Assembly (NCBI GenBank): GCA_963840455.1
Contig: CAWIYV010000007.1
Coordinates: 288,001-352,000, forward strand
DNA length: 64,000 nt
Origin: Nitrospirota bacterium
GTDB taxonomy: Bacteria; Nitrospirota; UBA9217
Reading direction: 5' to 3'
Positions 54,992-64,000 of this stretch are shown piece after piece. The position numbers were made by a program, and so were the translations under genes. Positions within the stretch are counted from its first letter, which is position 1. Each line of letters begins with the position of its first letter. Under the pieces are notes generated by a model. It was not told the origin of the DNA and made no database searches. It saw only the letters and a program-made list of their open reading frames with translations.

Positions 54992-55782
54992 ATGTTCGGC
55001 ATCGCTGCAATAACGATCAAAGGTGTCTTTCGCGATAAGGTCTTCCGAGGGATCCTAATGACTGCGCTCGCATTTATGGTCATTCCCTCGATCAGCAGCC
55101 TTTCCATGCGACAGGTCACGGCATTATCCATGACCCTATCTTTGTCTCTCATCTCATTCATCCTGTTGCTGCTTTCCATTTTTTTAGGCGGGACGTCGCT
55201 CTGGAAAGATATGGACCGTCGTTATACCATAAGCGTCCTGAGCCTGCCAATAACGCGCACGTCCTATGTCATAGGAAAATTCCTCGGCGTTGCGGGGTTT
55301 ACCCTTCTCACAACACTATTGCTGGGCGTTGTCGCGTTCGTTGTGATCTGGTATGTCGCGAGCGTTTATCCCCCCGATAGCCCGATCGCGCTTATAAATT
55401 TTTTATTCGCAGTCATTTTTGACGCCCAAAAGTACATTCTGCTCATAGCCTGTGCGTTTCTGTTTTCCACCGTGAGCACTTCTTTTTTTCTGCCCATTTT
55501 CGGTTCCATTTCCCTCTTCTTCGTTGGTTCCGCCACACAGCAGGTCTTTGATTATGTCACATCTCCGGCGGGAGATGCCTTTTCCCCTTTTTCCATAAAG
55601 TCGTCACGCTTCTCTATTATGTTCTGCCTAATTTCAGTGTGTTCGACTTGAAGGTAAATGCCATTTATGGAGTCGCTCTATCGCTATCCGGGCTTTCACT
55701 GGTCAGCGGGTATTTTCTTATTTATACCGCATTGCTCCTGACAATATCGTCGATCATCTTCTCCAGGCGAGAAATACAGTGA
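54992..55782 (+). pseudogene. ABC-2 permease (XapB-like), apparent -1 frameshift
   Basis: The C-terminus LYYVLPNFSVFDLK...FSRREIQ lies in the -1 frame after the homopolymer runs at 55580-55592. Confidence 0.75.
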
Positions 55783-56628
55783 AAAGGTGCGTACTCTTAT
55801 TTGTTCTCGTCATATCCTATCTGAGTCTGATCTTTCCCTTGTCCTCGTATATGCGGAACAGACCATTCGTTGAGAAGCTCGGCTATGTGCCGCGTTCTGA
55901 AGTATTCATGCTTGCGGCGGCAGATCAGAAACAACTCATGTCAGCGTCCTTGGTATGGAAAGTGCTCAGCTATTTTGGCGGTCTTTATGAGAAAACGACG
56001 CGCCGTATTTATACGCCGCCTGACTACGAAGGCATGAAATCCATGATCCAGTCCGCGATCAAGCTCGACCCTTATAATCTTGACGCGTACTATTTCGCCC
56101 AGGCAGTTCTCGTATGGGACATGAAACAGGTCTCGGCTGCGAACGAACTTCTTGAATATGGCATGAAATACAGGTTTTGGGATTGGTATCTCCCTTTTTT
56201 TGCCGGTTTCAATGCCGGGTATTTCCTGAAAGATTATGAAACAGCGGCAAAATACTACAAACGGGTTGGCGACCTGACGGGAAATGAACTTTCCATCAAA
56301 CTGGCCGGCCGCTATATGTACGAAGCAGGACAGACAGACATGGCAATAGCATACCTCACCACCATGGAGCAAGGAGCCCAGAACAGTGCAATTAAAAACA
56401 GCTTTAAAATACGTCTCGATGCATTCAAAGGCGTGAAATTGATAGAATCGGCTCGGGACTGAATACGTTAAAAAAAGCCGGAAGAAGCCGGCTTCTGTTG
56501 ATATATTGATCAAGAAAGGCTTTCTCAAAGAACTGCCCGTTGATCCCTATGGAGGTACGTTTTACCTCGACGAAAAAGGTCGCGTCCGAAGCACAAGTAA
56601 ATTTGCATTTGCCGGTCAAAAGCAGTAG
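55779..56628 (+). pseudogene. XapC-like TPR-type protein, apparent +1 frameshift
   Basis: KLDPYNLDAYY, W.LPFFAGFN; after the TGA at 56460 the +1 frame continues ...LPVDPYGGTFYLD...STSK. Confidence 0.7.
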
Positions 56629-56641
56629 AAAGAATATATTT

Positions 56642-57511
56642 ATGATCGCAATAGAATTTCATAATGTATCCAAAACATTCAAAGGGAAAAAAGGGGCCTC
56701 AGTTGAGGCGGTAAAGGACCTTACCCTCGCCATTGATCAAGGGGAGATCTTCGGTTTTCTCGGCCCCAACGGCGCAGGGAAGAGCACAACGATCAAACTG
56801 TTAATGGGACTCATTGCACCCAGCGCGGGTCAGGCGAAGATCATGGGAACCGAGATGGGCTCTCACCGTTCCCGCAACTATGTCGGTTATTTGCCCGAAA
56901 ATCCGACTTTTTATGATTATCTGAATGCCGAGGAATACCTGGCCTTCATCGGCAAGGCCTTCGGCATGCCGGACACACTGATACGGGAGAGGGTCGACAG
57001 CAATCTCAAACTGCTTGATCTTTGGGAGGCGAGATCCCGCCCAATGCGGGGATACAGCAAGGGCATGATACAGCGGCTCGGTCTGGCCCAGGCAATGATC
57101 CATGATCCGGATGTCCTTATCCTTGACGAACCTATGAGCGGACTCGACCCGATCGGCCGTGCTCTTGTGAAAGAGATCATCCTTGATCTGAAGGCGAAGG
57201 GGAAATGCGTTTTTTTCAGCACCCATATTACCGCCGATGTGGAAACGGTCTGTGATCGTGTGGGGATCCTGGTAAACGGGGCGCTGCAGCGTGTAGAAAA
57301 GGTGGAATCGATCCTGACCCAGGGAATAATCGGTTATCACTTGAAGATCCGAACGCCAGGCGATCTGCGACCGAGAGAGCTTGAAATATCAAAAGGGGAA
57401 CTCTCAAAGTTCATTGCCGAGACAGAGGCCGCGGGTCAGGAGATCATGTTCATAGAACCGAAACGAAAAAATCTCGAATCGTTTTTTCTGGATATCGTTA
57501 AGGGAACGTAG
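56642..57511 (+). CDS. ABC transporter ATP-binding protein (XapD-like)
   Basis: GPNGAGKST, YSKGM, LDEPMSGLDP, STH. Confidence 0.92.
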   Translation: MIAIEFHNVSKTFKGKKGASVEAVKDLTLAIDQGEIFGFLGPNGAGKSTTIKLLMGLIAPSAGQAKIMGTEMGSHRSRNYVGYLPENPTFYDYLNAEEYLAFIGKAFGMPDTLIRERVDSNLKLLDLWEARSRPMRGYSKGMIQRLGLAQAMIHDPDVLILDEPMSGLDPIGRALVKEIILDLKAKGKCVFFSTHITADVETVCDRVGILVNGALQRVEKVESILTQGIIGYHLKIRTPGDLRPRELEISKGELSKFIAETEAAGQEIMFIEPKRKNLESFFLDIVKGT

Positions 57512-59196
57512 TGTTGATCAGACGTCATCACTTACTGCTCATCGCAGTCGTCGTGCTCGCGGTCTATTCTCCTGCCCTCTTGGCGGATTTTTCGAGATAT
57601 GACGATGCAGCCGTGGCCGAAAGCTACCGGGCAGCACAAGGCTGCGACCTGAGACGCTTATTCATTCCTTTCAGCGAAGGATTTTATTATCGTCCGCTCA
57701 TTGGAGTCAGTTTTTATCTCGATAAATATCTTCTCGGACTCAAGCCCAGCTTGATGCATCTGGAAAATATTCTTATTCATCTTGCAAACGCAATCCTGGT
57801 ATTTTTTCTTACCCGTCATATCATCGCCGTAGAGAAAAAGAGCGAACCTGCCCATCTTCCCCTCCTTGCGGCACTTCTGTTCGGTCTGCATCCCATAAAC
57901 ACAGAATCGGTCAACTGGATATCGGGCAGGACAGATCTGCTGGCTGGAATGTTCATCCTCACGAGTGCATTGTGTCTTTTGAAATTCACTGAACTTCACG
58001 AAAAAAAATATGTTCTTTTGTTCTTTTCCGCTTTTGCGTGCGGAGCGCTTGTCAAGGAAACCTCCTTGGCTTTTCTTCCAGGGGCGTTCTTCCTGGTGAG
58101 CGCCGGTCAGCGGATCACTGAAGACAGGAACGGGCTGAATATGGCAAACGGGGTCCGCTCTCAATCATCCGTTCTCCTGACAGCAGTCATTCCCGGCATT
58201 CTTGTTGTTCTGCTTTTCCTGTCCCTCAGATCAATTGCATTTCGAAACAATGCCAGCCGAATTGGCCTGACGCTTATGGCTTTATCCAATGACTGGATAA
58301 ACTCGCTGTTCGTTATGCTTCGGGCTTTTGGCTTTTATATGAAAAAGCTCATCTTCCCATTTCCCTTGAATATCGCAATTATGGAAGTAGATCCTCTCTA
58401 TGAAGTTCTTGCCATTCTCCTAGTTGCTCTTTGCATGTACATAGCGACACGCAGGTCGCTTAGTTCTGCCGCGTTCATGTCAGGAATGTTTTTTATCGCA
58501 CCGGCGTTCCTGATCGCCTTCGGCCAGATAGCATGGACGCCGTACGCAGAACGCTATGTCTATATCACCTCTGCTTTTGTTATCATCGCCGCGGTCGTTT
58601 ACCTAGATATCAAGCTAGTGCCCGCCAGAAAGCCATGGACGGTGTTCACCATGGTGATTATCCTGGCAATTTTTTTTGCTTCAACCTTTCTCAGGAGCGT
58701 TACGTGGAATAGTGATTTAACGTTGTACGAGGATGCCGTCGAGAAATCGCCCCAATCAAGAGATCTAAGGGCAGTTTATGGAGAGTTACTGATACAGAAA
58801 GGTGATTATGCGGCTGCACTGGTACAGCTAGAGCAAGGCAGGTCGATCGCATCACTTGACTATGACGAACGATTTGATTTGAACATGTCATATATTTATT
58901 ATAAACTGGGTAATATTGACGAAGCCATAGCGCTGAGTAAAACCATATTACTAAAATCACGTAACAAGTCGGTAAAAGCACTGGACAGCCTGATTGTGCT
59001 GTTGAAAGAAAAAATGATTTCAGCAAGAAGCCCGGCGGAAAAGAACGCACTAAAAAAGGAAATGTTTCTGTATACTAAAACGCTGTTCGACCTGAACCAT
59101 GATCCCCGCTTGCTGTTCGATATCTCCATCCTGGCAGCTGAGCTCGGGGAAAAGAATGCCGCGATACAGTTCTATCGCCCGCAACCAGCGCCGTAG
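57511..59196 (+). CDS. Second TMTC-like GT-C/TPR membrane protein (XapA-like)
   Basis: YDD, YYRPL, LHPINTESVNWISGR, KE, AERY, TPRs. Confidence 0.82.
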   Translation: MLIRRHHLLLIAVVVLAVYSPALLADFSRYDDAAVAESYRAAQGCDLRRLFIPFSEGFYYRPLIGVSFYLDKYLLGLKPSLMHLENILIHLANAILVFFLTRHIIAVEKKSEPAHLPLLAALLFGLHPINTESVNWISGRTDLLAGMFILTSALCLLKFTELHEKKYVLLFFSAFACGALVKETSLAFLPGAFFLVSAGQRITEDRNGLNMANGVRSQSSVLLTAVIPGILVVLLFLSLRSIAFRNNASRIGLTLMALSNDWINSLFVMLRAFGFYMKKLIFPFPLNIAIMEVDPLYEVLAILLVALCMYIATRRSLSSAAFMSGMFFIAPAFLIAFGQIAWTPYAERYVYITSAFVIIAAVVYLDIKLVPARKPWTVFTMVIILAIFFASTFLRSVTWNSDLTLYEDAVEKSPQSRDLRAVYGELLIQKGDYAAALVQLEQGRSIASLDYDERFDLNMSYIYYKLGNIDEAIALSKTILLKSRNKSVKALDSLIVLLKEKMISARSPAEKNALKKEMFLYTKTLFDLNHDPRLLFDISILAAELGEKNAAIQFYRPQPAP

Positions 59197-59268
59197 ACGC
59201 TGGTGCATGCTGCATGCAGACGGATCCACCGAGGAGCATAAAGAAACGTTACCATATCGAAAGAGAAC

Positions 59269-60123
59269 ATGCGAAAGACAATAAAACACTTCATGAAACT
59301 GTTGAGGCCACACCAGTGGCTGAAGAACCTGCTCCTCCTTTTCCCGCCTTTTTTTGGAGGGAAAATGCTGGAAGCGGACGTGCTCGCGGTGCTTATTCCG
59401 TCATTTGTCTCATTTTCTCTCGCCGCCAGCAGCGGGTACATCTTGAATGATATTATGGACCGGGAAGTGGACAAGCTTCATATTTCTAAAAAGGAGAGAC
59501 CAATTGCCCGCGGTGATATTTCTGTTGTCATCGCGATCTTCTTAGCTGCTTTCCTCTTAGCAGCAGCCTTGATTGTTTCCTCCTCTGTTTCCCGGCAGTT
59601 TGAAGCTTTTCTTATTGTATATTTTTTTATTTCCTTTCTATACTCCCTCTATTTTAAACATATCGCTATCATCGACATTTTTTTTGTTTCCTCTGGGTTT
59701 TTGATTCGGGTTCTGGCAGGTGGGGAAGCTTTTCGAGTCACTATCTCAAGCTGGCTTTTTCTAACCGTATTCGTCGTTTCCCTCTTTCTTGCCGTCGCTA
59801 AACGGCTAGGTGAGAAAACGATAATAGGCTCTGAAGGTTCACTGCACAGGAAGGTTCTTGCTGAGTATCCTCCCCAATTTTTAGAAGGCATTATGTGGGT
59901 TACCTCATCGGTTGCCATCGTGATGTACGCATTATATACCATTGAGAATAATAAGAATTTAATCTATACTGTACCGATTGCGTTCTTCGGTTTTCTGCGG
60001 TTCATCTATATCACGAATCATAATGGAAAAGGTGATCCAACCGAGGCGCTTCTTCACGATCCTCAGATCGCCATTACCGGAATCGGCTGGCTTATTGCAG
60101 TAGCAACTGTTGTCTATCGCTGA
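59269..60123 (+). CDS. UbiA-family polyprenyl-phosphate phosphoribosyltransferase (XapE-like)
   Basis: LRPHQWLKN, YILNDIMD, RPIARG, KR..E, GDPTE. Confidence 0.88.
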   Translation: MRKTIKHFMKLLRPHQWLKNLLLLFPPFFGGKMLEADVLAVLIPSFVSFSLAASSGYILNDIMDREVDKLHISKKERPIARGDISVVIAIFLAAFLLAAALIVSSSVSRQFEAFLIVYFFISFLYSLYFKHIAIIDIFFVSSGFLIRVLAGGEAFRVTISSWLFLTVFVVSLFLAVAKRLGEKTIIGSEGSLHRKVLAEYPPQFLEGIMWVTSSVAIVMYALYTIENNKNLIYTVPIAFFGFLRFIYITNHNGKGDPTEALLHDPQIAITGIGWLIAVATVVYR

Positions 60124-60416
60124 TCGGAATTGAAATGCCGGCGTTCCAAAATATGCTTAGGCGACCGTTGATCCTGTTCTATCGGTCATTGCACTATGAC
60201 TCTATGTACCGATTCTAAATTCCTTATCTAAGAATAACAGGGAGGATTTTTCATCTAACATTGAAATACTACCGCTTTGCAAGGAATACGATGTTCGAAC
60301 CTTCTCTAAAGACCGCATCTGTAGTGGTCTTCAGCACGCTTGTTTATAAGATGACATTATCGGATTAACGTCTCTGCAAAAGAGTATATTGTGAACATTG
60401 CGGTGCGGTGGCCCAG

Positions 60417-61472
60417 ATGCGAATTACTTTCGTTCGATACTCTTTATTAAGCAGGGGCGGGGATAAGATGGTATTGATGTATGCATCCCATCTGGCCGAC
60501 CAGGGACATGAGGTTAGTATCGAAGCAAACAAGATCGATACGGTCTTTAATGTTAATCCCAAGATACTCATCAAGCCTATCGGACTCAAGGGACAAATAG
60601 GCACCATGCTTTCTGCCTTTTTCAAGAAAAGGGACCCAGATATCGTAATCGCTGATATTATCCCCCTCGCATTCGCTCTGTATTTTAGAAACAGAAAGAG
60701 AGTGCTCTATTTTGCCCAAGATTATAATGTTATGCATTATACCAATCCCGCTATGAAATCCCTTGTAAAAATTCTCGATTTCATTGGATTAAGGCTTCTT
60801 AAAATCAGGACGATCACTGTTTCCGAAGAGCTTTCCCTTGTCTTGTCCGGTCAATTCAGAGCAAATATTGTTCAGGTTATTCCGAATGGCGTTGATATGT
60901 CCTTGTTCCATTCCGAACCGTCTCCGGTCCTTCGGGCTGAGAAACAAGGCCAAAAATCAATTCTTGTGCTTTCAAGGAAGGACCCGCGGAAAGGCTTCGA
61001 CGTTGCCCAGCAGGTCATCAGGAAGGTGAAAGCTGTCTGCCCGGTCCCCTTTGAGGTCTGGACCGTTGGAGAGCCATCGAAAGGCACGTTTCCAGGCATT
61101 TCACACAGGGATTTTGGATATGTTCCTGAATTGAAGATGCGTGATCTCTTCAGCAGCGCAGACCTTTTTTTAAATCCATCGTATTCTGAAGGTTTTGGAC
61201 TGATGGTAATTGAGGCCTTTGCCTGTAAATGCCCAGTTGTCACGACAGATGCAATCTCCTACGCGATCCATGATAAAAATGCCCTGGTAAGCAGGGTGGG
61301 AGACATTGATTCGATGGCGATCAATGTGCGACGGCTTTTGGAATCTCCGGACACAGCTCAGACTATTATCACGAATGGATTCACCTGGGCAAAGAAATAT
61401 TCCTTAGAACATGCTTTGGCTGCATTCGAAAAAACCCTGACCAGTCTGTCTCAGGAGCAGCGACTTTGCTAA
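60417..61472 (+). CDS. GT4 glycosyltransferase
   Basis: RGG, IPNGVD, RKG, EGFGLMVIEA. Confidence 0.9.
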   Translation: MRITFVRYSLLSRGGDKMVLMYASHLADQGHEVSIEANKIDTVFNVNPKILIKPIGLKGQIGTMLSAFFKKRDPDIVIADIIPLAFALYFRNRKRVLYFAQDYNVMHYTNPAMKSLVKILDFIGLRLLKIRTITVSEELSLVLSGQFRANIVQVIPNGVDMSLFHSEPSPVLRAEKQGQKSILVLSRKDPRKGFDVAQQVIRKVKAVCPVPFEVWTVGEPSKGTFPGISHRDFGYVPELKMRDLFSSADLFLNPSYSEGFGLMVIEAFACKCPVVTTDAISYAIHDKNALVSRVGDIDSMAINVRRLLESPDTAQTIITNGFTWAKKYSLEHALAAFEKTLTSLSQEQRLC

Positions 61473-61536
61473 TAACAACGGCTTCGGGCGGCCAATTGAC
61501 CTTATATTTTCATGACGATGCTCCGGATTCAAAGTG

Positions 61537-62528
61537 ATGCTCTCAAACATGTTGCCACATGTATCAGTAATCCTTCCGGTTTACAATGGAGAGAGAAAGT
61601 ACCTTCGAGATACGGTGATGAGCATATTAGTCCAATCTCATCATCATTTCGAGTTCATCATCATAGATGATGGTTCTACTGACAGGACTTCCTCTATTCT
61701 GCAAGAACTGAGGACGTTGGATAGAAGAATTACCGTCCTGAGAAATGCAAAGAACGAAGGTCTGGTGAGATCCCTGAATAGGGGCCTCAATCATGCCTCT
61801 TCTCAGTTCATCGCACGAATAGATTGCGGCGACTTGGCTGAAAAAAATAGGATCGAGATACAGTCCCGATTCTTGCAGGAGCATAGTGATTATGTTCTGG
61901 TAGCCTCACAGGCAGAGTGGATCACGATGAGCGGTGACACTATGTACACCACCCATGTCCCGTCCGACGATTGGGAAATCCAAAGAGACTGTTTATCAAG
62001 GACAGCATATTGATCCATCCTGCGGTCATGTTCAAGAAAATACCGGGGCTCTATTACCGGGAAATCGCCGCAACCGCCGAGGATTACGACTACTGGTTGA
62101 GACTGTCGATGCATGGGAAAATGTTTGTTATAGATGATTTCTTGCTCAAAATGCGCATGGATCCTGACGGGACGACCTATTCAAAGAAGATGCGACAGGT
62201 CAAAACAGTCGATTTGATCCATGCCTCGTTCTTCATGGGGCCAGGAAATCCTTCCGCTCAGAGGGAATGGAGCGTGGTAGAGCTTTCTGGCATAGAAAGG
62301 GTCCAAGAGAGATTGTTTCACCTGTTCTCGAGATATGCGTACCAGTATTACCATCGATCGGTGATTTTATTTTATACCTTTAAAATCTTATCAGGCTTGT
62401 CGAGCCCCCAGTACATGTTTAAACTGTTCAACATGATGCTGAGAAGACGCTCTGTGTCGAGCGATCCGTTGTTCCAGCAATATCTTTCCCGGGCTGAACA
62501 AAGCGCCGACAGGGAGATAAAACAATAG
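61537..62528 (+). pseudogene. GT2 glycosyltransferase, apparent -1 frameshift
   Basis: ILPVYN, IDDGSTD in frame 1; HPAVMF and EDYDYW in the -1 frame after AAA at 61982-61984. Confidence 0.75.
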
Positions 62529-63362
62529 ATGGATGTTCAAATAGAAAATACCCTTGTCATAGAAGCGGGCCGTTCCGAGAAGAACTATTGGAAAGATCTC
62601 TGGCGGTACCGGGAGCTGTTCTATTTCCTCTCCTGGCGTGATGTCCTGGTCCGCTACAAACAAACGGTGATTGGTATTGCATGGAGCGTGATAAGGCCAT
62701 TCTTGACCATGGTAGTGTTTACGATCGTATTCGGCAAACTTGCCAAATTACCGTCGGAGGGCATTCCGTATCCCTTGTTGGTTTTTACCGCTTTGCTGCC
62801 ATGGCAATTTTTTGCAAACTCCCTGGCTGAAGCAAGCACCTCCATAACAGGCAATGCTAACATGCTGACGAAGGTATATTTCCCGCGAATCGTGATTCCG
62901 GCCACTTCGATAATAGTCAGTTTGATGGACCTATTAATCTCTTTCGTTATGCTGTTTTTCCTTATGGCGTGGTACGGCTTTACTCCAGGTCTGCGTGCCT
63001 TTACTCTCCCTTTGTTTCTCATTCTGGCGTGCGCTGCGTCCTTCGGAGTGAGTTTGTGGCTTTCAGCGCTCAATGTCAAATATCGAGATTTTCGGTATGT
63101 CGTTCCCTTTATAGTGCAGTTTGGTCTGTATGTCTCTCCGGTGGGCTTCAATAGCGGTATTGTGCCGGAGCGATGGCGCTTTCTTTATTCGCTCAATCCC
63201 ATGGTCGGGGTGATAGACGGCTTTCGCTGGGCGCTCCTCGGCGAAGATATGGCTCTGTACTGGCCGGGGATTATTCTCTCAACGGCCATCACAGCTGTGA
63301 TCCTCGTATCTGGATTCAAGTACTTCAGAAAAACGGAAAAAATCATGGCTGACGTAATTTAA
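62529..63362 (+). CDS. wzm: Polysaccharide ABC exporter permease
   Basis: YRELF, RYKQT, KVYFPR, YRD, LNPM, ADVI end. Confidence 0.92.
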   Translation: MDVQIENTLVIEAGRSEKNYWKDLWRYRELFYFLSWRDVLVRYKQTVIGIAWSVIRPFLTMVVFTIVFGKLAKLPSEGIPYPLLVFTALLPWQFFANSLAEASTSITGNANMLTKVYFPRIVIPATSIIVSLMDLLISFVMLFFLMAWYGFTPGLRAFTLPLFLILACAASFGVSLWLSALNVKYRDFRYVVPFIVQFGLYVSPVGFNSGIVPERWRFLYSLNPMVGVIDGFRWALLGEDMALYWPGIILSTAITAVILVSGFKYFRKTEKIMADVI

Positions 63363-63369
63363 GATCAAT

Positions 63370-64000
63370 ATGAAGACCGTTATTAAAGCCGAAAATATAT
63401 CAAAAAAATTTATCTTAAGCCACCAGCGAAAAGCATCCTATCATTCTCTGCGAGAGGCAGCGACGGATACCGTGAAGAGATGGGGCCGGAAGATATCGGG
63501 AATCGGTTCAAGAGAAGACCAATCACACGAGGAATTCTGGGCGCTTAAGGACATCTCTTTCGAAATAAAGTCCGGAGAGCGCGTTGGTATTATCGGCCGT
63601 AATGGGGCCGGTAAATCGACGATCCTAAAAATTCTTAGTCGGATTACTGAGCCAACCGAAGGCAGGGTCACTATTTGTGGACGAGTATCGAGCTTGCTGG
63701 AAGTGGGAACCGGCTTCCATCCCGAGTTGACCGGCCGGGAAAATATATTTTTAAACGGCGCTGTTCTTGGGATGACGAAGAACGAGATCAAGAAGAAATT
63801 CGATGAAATCGTTGCTTTTGCCGAGATAGATAAATTTCTCGATACTCCTGTAAAGCACTACTCGAGCGGTATGTACGTTCGCCTTGCGTTTGCCGTCGCG
63901 GCGCACCTGGAGCCTGACATCCTGATTGTAGACGAGGTATTGGCGGTAGGTGACGCCCAGTTTCAGAAGAAGTGTCTCGGAAAGATGGAAGTTGTGTCTT
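63370..64000 (+). CDS. wzt: Polysaccharide ABC exporter ATPase (3' partial)
   Basis: FWALKDISF, GRNGAGKST, GFHPELTGREN, YSSGM, DEVLAVGD. Confidence 0.93.
   Translation, partial: MKTVIKAENISKKFILSHQRKASYHSLREAATDTVKRWGRKISGIGSREDQSHEEFWALKDISFEIKSGERVGIIGRNGAGKSTILKILSRITEPTEGRVTICGRVSSLLEVGTGFHPELTGRENIFLNGAVLGMTKNEIKKKFDEIVAFAEIDKFLDTPVKHYSSGMYVRLAFAVAAHLEPDILIVDEVLAVGDAQFQKKCLGKMEVVS

Noticed and set aside
56460-56462. TGA recoding (selenocysteine or alternative genetic code) at premature stops
   Set aside because: The downstream coding sequence is in a different frame, and TGA is a normal stop in many genes here

Overview
Bacterial chromosome segment with a GC-rich core. The gene order suggests Nitrospirota or a Desulfobacterota-like lineage (inference, not proven). 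About 45 kb is housekeeping: rplU-rpmA-obgE-proB-proA-nadD-rsfS-rlmH, gpmI, comF, phoH-7TM-HD-ybeY-dgkA, accA, LPS/Kdo/dTDP-rhamnose genes, pyrG, plsY, miaB/mtaB and futalosine-pathway mqnE/mqnC. Two accessory regions stand out. (1) 18647-27298 holds an intact tRNA-Leu(TAA) plus two displaced copies of its 3' half. These bracket two integrase-less cassettes that share arm-like motifs. One cassette carries a single lipoprotein gene. The other carries a LuxR solo with an altered AHL pocket, a near-canonical lux box, and a 1658-aa secreted protein with two BLIP-II/RCC1-like 7-repeat propellers on a 12-repeat stalk. (2) 51817-64000 is a Geobacter-type split type IV pilin locus (PilA-N plus PilA-C, sigma54 promoter) with xap-like ABC, TMTC-like GT-C, UbiA, glycosyltransferase and wzm/wzt genes, three of them frameshifted. 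Intergenic DNA contains four copies of a ~120-bp double-hairpin element, other periodic palindromes, a DnaA-box-like cluster and two apparently leaderless promoters. All calls come from reading the sequence and recalled family motifs; no searches were run.
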